A stretch of 64,000 bases of DNA, taken from positions 992,001-1,056,000 of the forward strand of contig AP039689.1 of the NCBI GenBank assembly GCA_051599415.1, in the 5' to 3' direction. The translations under genes and the position numbers were made by a program. Positions 63,043 through 64,000 of this stretch are shown one piece after another (the stretch's first letter is position 1; each line of letters opens with the position of its first letter). Below the pieces are notes generated by a model. The model saw only the letters and a program-made list of their open reading frames with translations, made no database searches and was not told the origin of the DNA. Origin of the DNA: Savitreella phatthalungensis (lineage: Eukaryota).

Positions 63043-63999
63043 TCAAGAGAGCTGTTCATCAAGCTCGTCCATGTTCTCAACAGTCTCCTTTACAAGCTGT
63101 GAGGCTTTGTTGTCAAGGTTGACGGCGATAGTGAAATGTTTCATGGCGGAATGCTTGTCTCCCAGCTGCTTATAGAGTTTGCCAAGCAAATAGTGAACGT
63201 TCGCTTCCTCGGGCGCCAGCTCTCGCAGGATGTGCAGGTCGTTCATGGCCTGCGTGTAATCTCTCGCGAGCATCAGAGCCTTCGCTTTCTTGAAGCGAGC
63301 GAGTGCGTTCGTGGGAGCCAGTTCGCAAGCCAGGATGTACATATCAAGTGCTTCATTATGCCTTTGCTGTCGCTCGAGAACAATCCCTCGGCAACAGACG
63401 AGCACAGCATTCGTGGGGTTGATCTGAGCGGCCTTGTCAAAGTGCAAGTGTGCCTGCTCGTTGAGACCTGTCTTCATATACGTCATACCAAGTCCGTACC
63501 AAGCATTGTAGTGAAGCCCATCACATCGCAGAGCTCGACGGAAAGAAGCATGCGCTCTGTCAAAGTCCTCCATCGCAGCATACTCATGACCCTCTAGAGT
63601 ATGAGCGTAAGCGAAAGCATCGTCGAGCTCAATTGCGCGTCGTACGCATCGCAATGCTTGTTCGTGTTCCCGCTGCAATGAGAAGCAATTGGCTAAGACA
63701 CACCAGGCCTGAGGTGATGTTCGATCGAGATTCATAGCCTCGTGTGCAAGATACGAGAGTTCGACAGGTCTGTCCAGATGCCATAAGCACGTAGAATAGA
63801 GCTCGAGGTCCAAGACCCGGGCTGGAGACACCCGTCGGAGTTGCCGAAAGACCTTTTCCGCGAGTTGGTAGTCAGCCGATTCGTAAGCTGCTCTTGCTTT
63901 GCAGGCCAACACGAAAGGAGACATGCGCTGCGCTTCAGCGACACTGTCAAACAAGCTAATGCTTCTGACGCATTGATACTGTTTCAGGGCGTAGTATGC
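63043..63999 (-). CDS. CDC27: APC/C TPR subunit Cdc27/Nuc2, 3' part; runs off the window
   Basis: YSTCLWHL, SPQAWCVLANCFSLQREH, FAYAHTLEGHE and HYNAWYGLG. The frame stays open to the window end. Confidence 0.95.
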   Translation of the reverse strand, partial: AYYALKQYQCVRSISLFDSVAEAQRMSPFVLACKARAAYESADYQLAEKVFRQLRRVSPARVLDLELYSTCLWHLDRPVELSYLAHEAMNLDRTSPQAWCVLANCFSLQREHEQALRCVRRAIELDDAFAYAHTLEGHEYAAMEDFDRAHASFRRALRCDGLHYNAWYGLGMTYMKTGLNEQAHLHFDKAAQINPTNAVLVCCRGIVLERQQRHNEALDMYILACELAPTNALARFKKAKALMLARDYTQAMNDLHILRELAPEEANVHYLLGKLYKQLGDKHSAMKHFTIAVNLDNKASQLVKETVENMDELDEQLS

Positions 64000-64000
64000 A

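Noticed and set aside
647..63043. Stop-codon readthrough (TGA-CTA) or cryptic PTS1 extensions
   Set aside because: None of the stop contexts I inspected matched TGA-CTA.
845..63597. Numerous 60-260 aa ORFs antisense to or overlapping recognised genes (e.g. 14991-15626, 18162-18875, 23376-24158, 35848-36579)
   Set aside because: These are shadow ORFs expected in GC-balanced coding DNA and show no recognisable motifs.

Overview
Gene-dense fungal chromosomal DNA with about 36 protein-coding genes and one intron-containing tRNA-Leu(CAA). I found no transposon, CRISPR array or rRNA. Several proteins look fission-yeast-like (Cut2-type securin with RAPLG D-box and DIEYMPP, Sin1, U2AF small subunit), yet the genes are almost intronless. 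By inference this is a compact Taphrinomycotina genome (Taphrinales/Protomyces-like). The genes are mostly housekeeping: splicing (U2AF small subunit, Syf2, Cwc15, Rds3, Cbc2, Rtf2), chromatin, DNA repair and cell cycle (Nhp10, Yaf9, Ku70, Tdp1, securin, Cdc27, Ess1), TOR signalling (Sin1, Tap42), membrane and organelle functions (Drs2, CLC, Pbn1, Pex30-like, Ant1, Hsv2) and mitochondria (Zim17, Rrg9, Isu1, BolA, Coq11). All product calls come from motif recognition, not database searches. The most notable observations are: (1) an AUG-less, in-frame mitochondrial-presequence-like extension on arginyl-tRNA synthetase; (2) a secreted CalB-type lipase with a roughly 115-aa Cys-bracketed lid insertion containing a Kex2-like KR site; (3) a recurring 5'-leader design in which an upstream AUG sits 6-10 nt before a predicted 5'-UTR intron donor, so splicing rewrites the uORF (securin, bxi1, tdp1; the last may be a nested stwintron); (4) an uncharacterised HhH-GPD-like protein that keeps candidate catalytic residues; (5) a dense TGAC/TGACA array upstream of a TALE homeobox gene.
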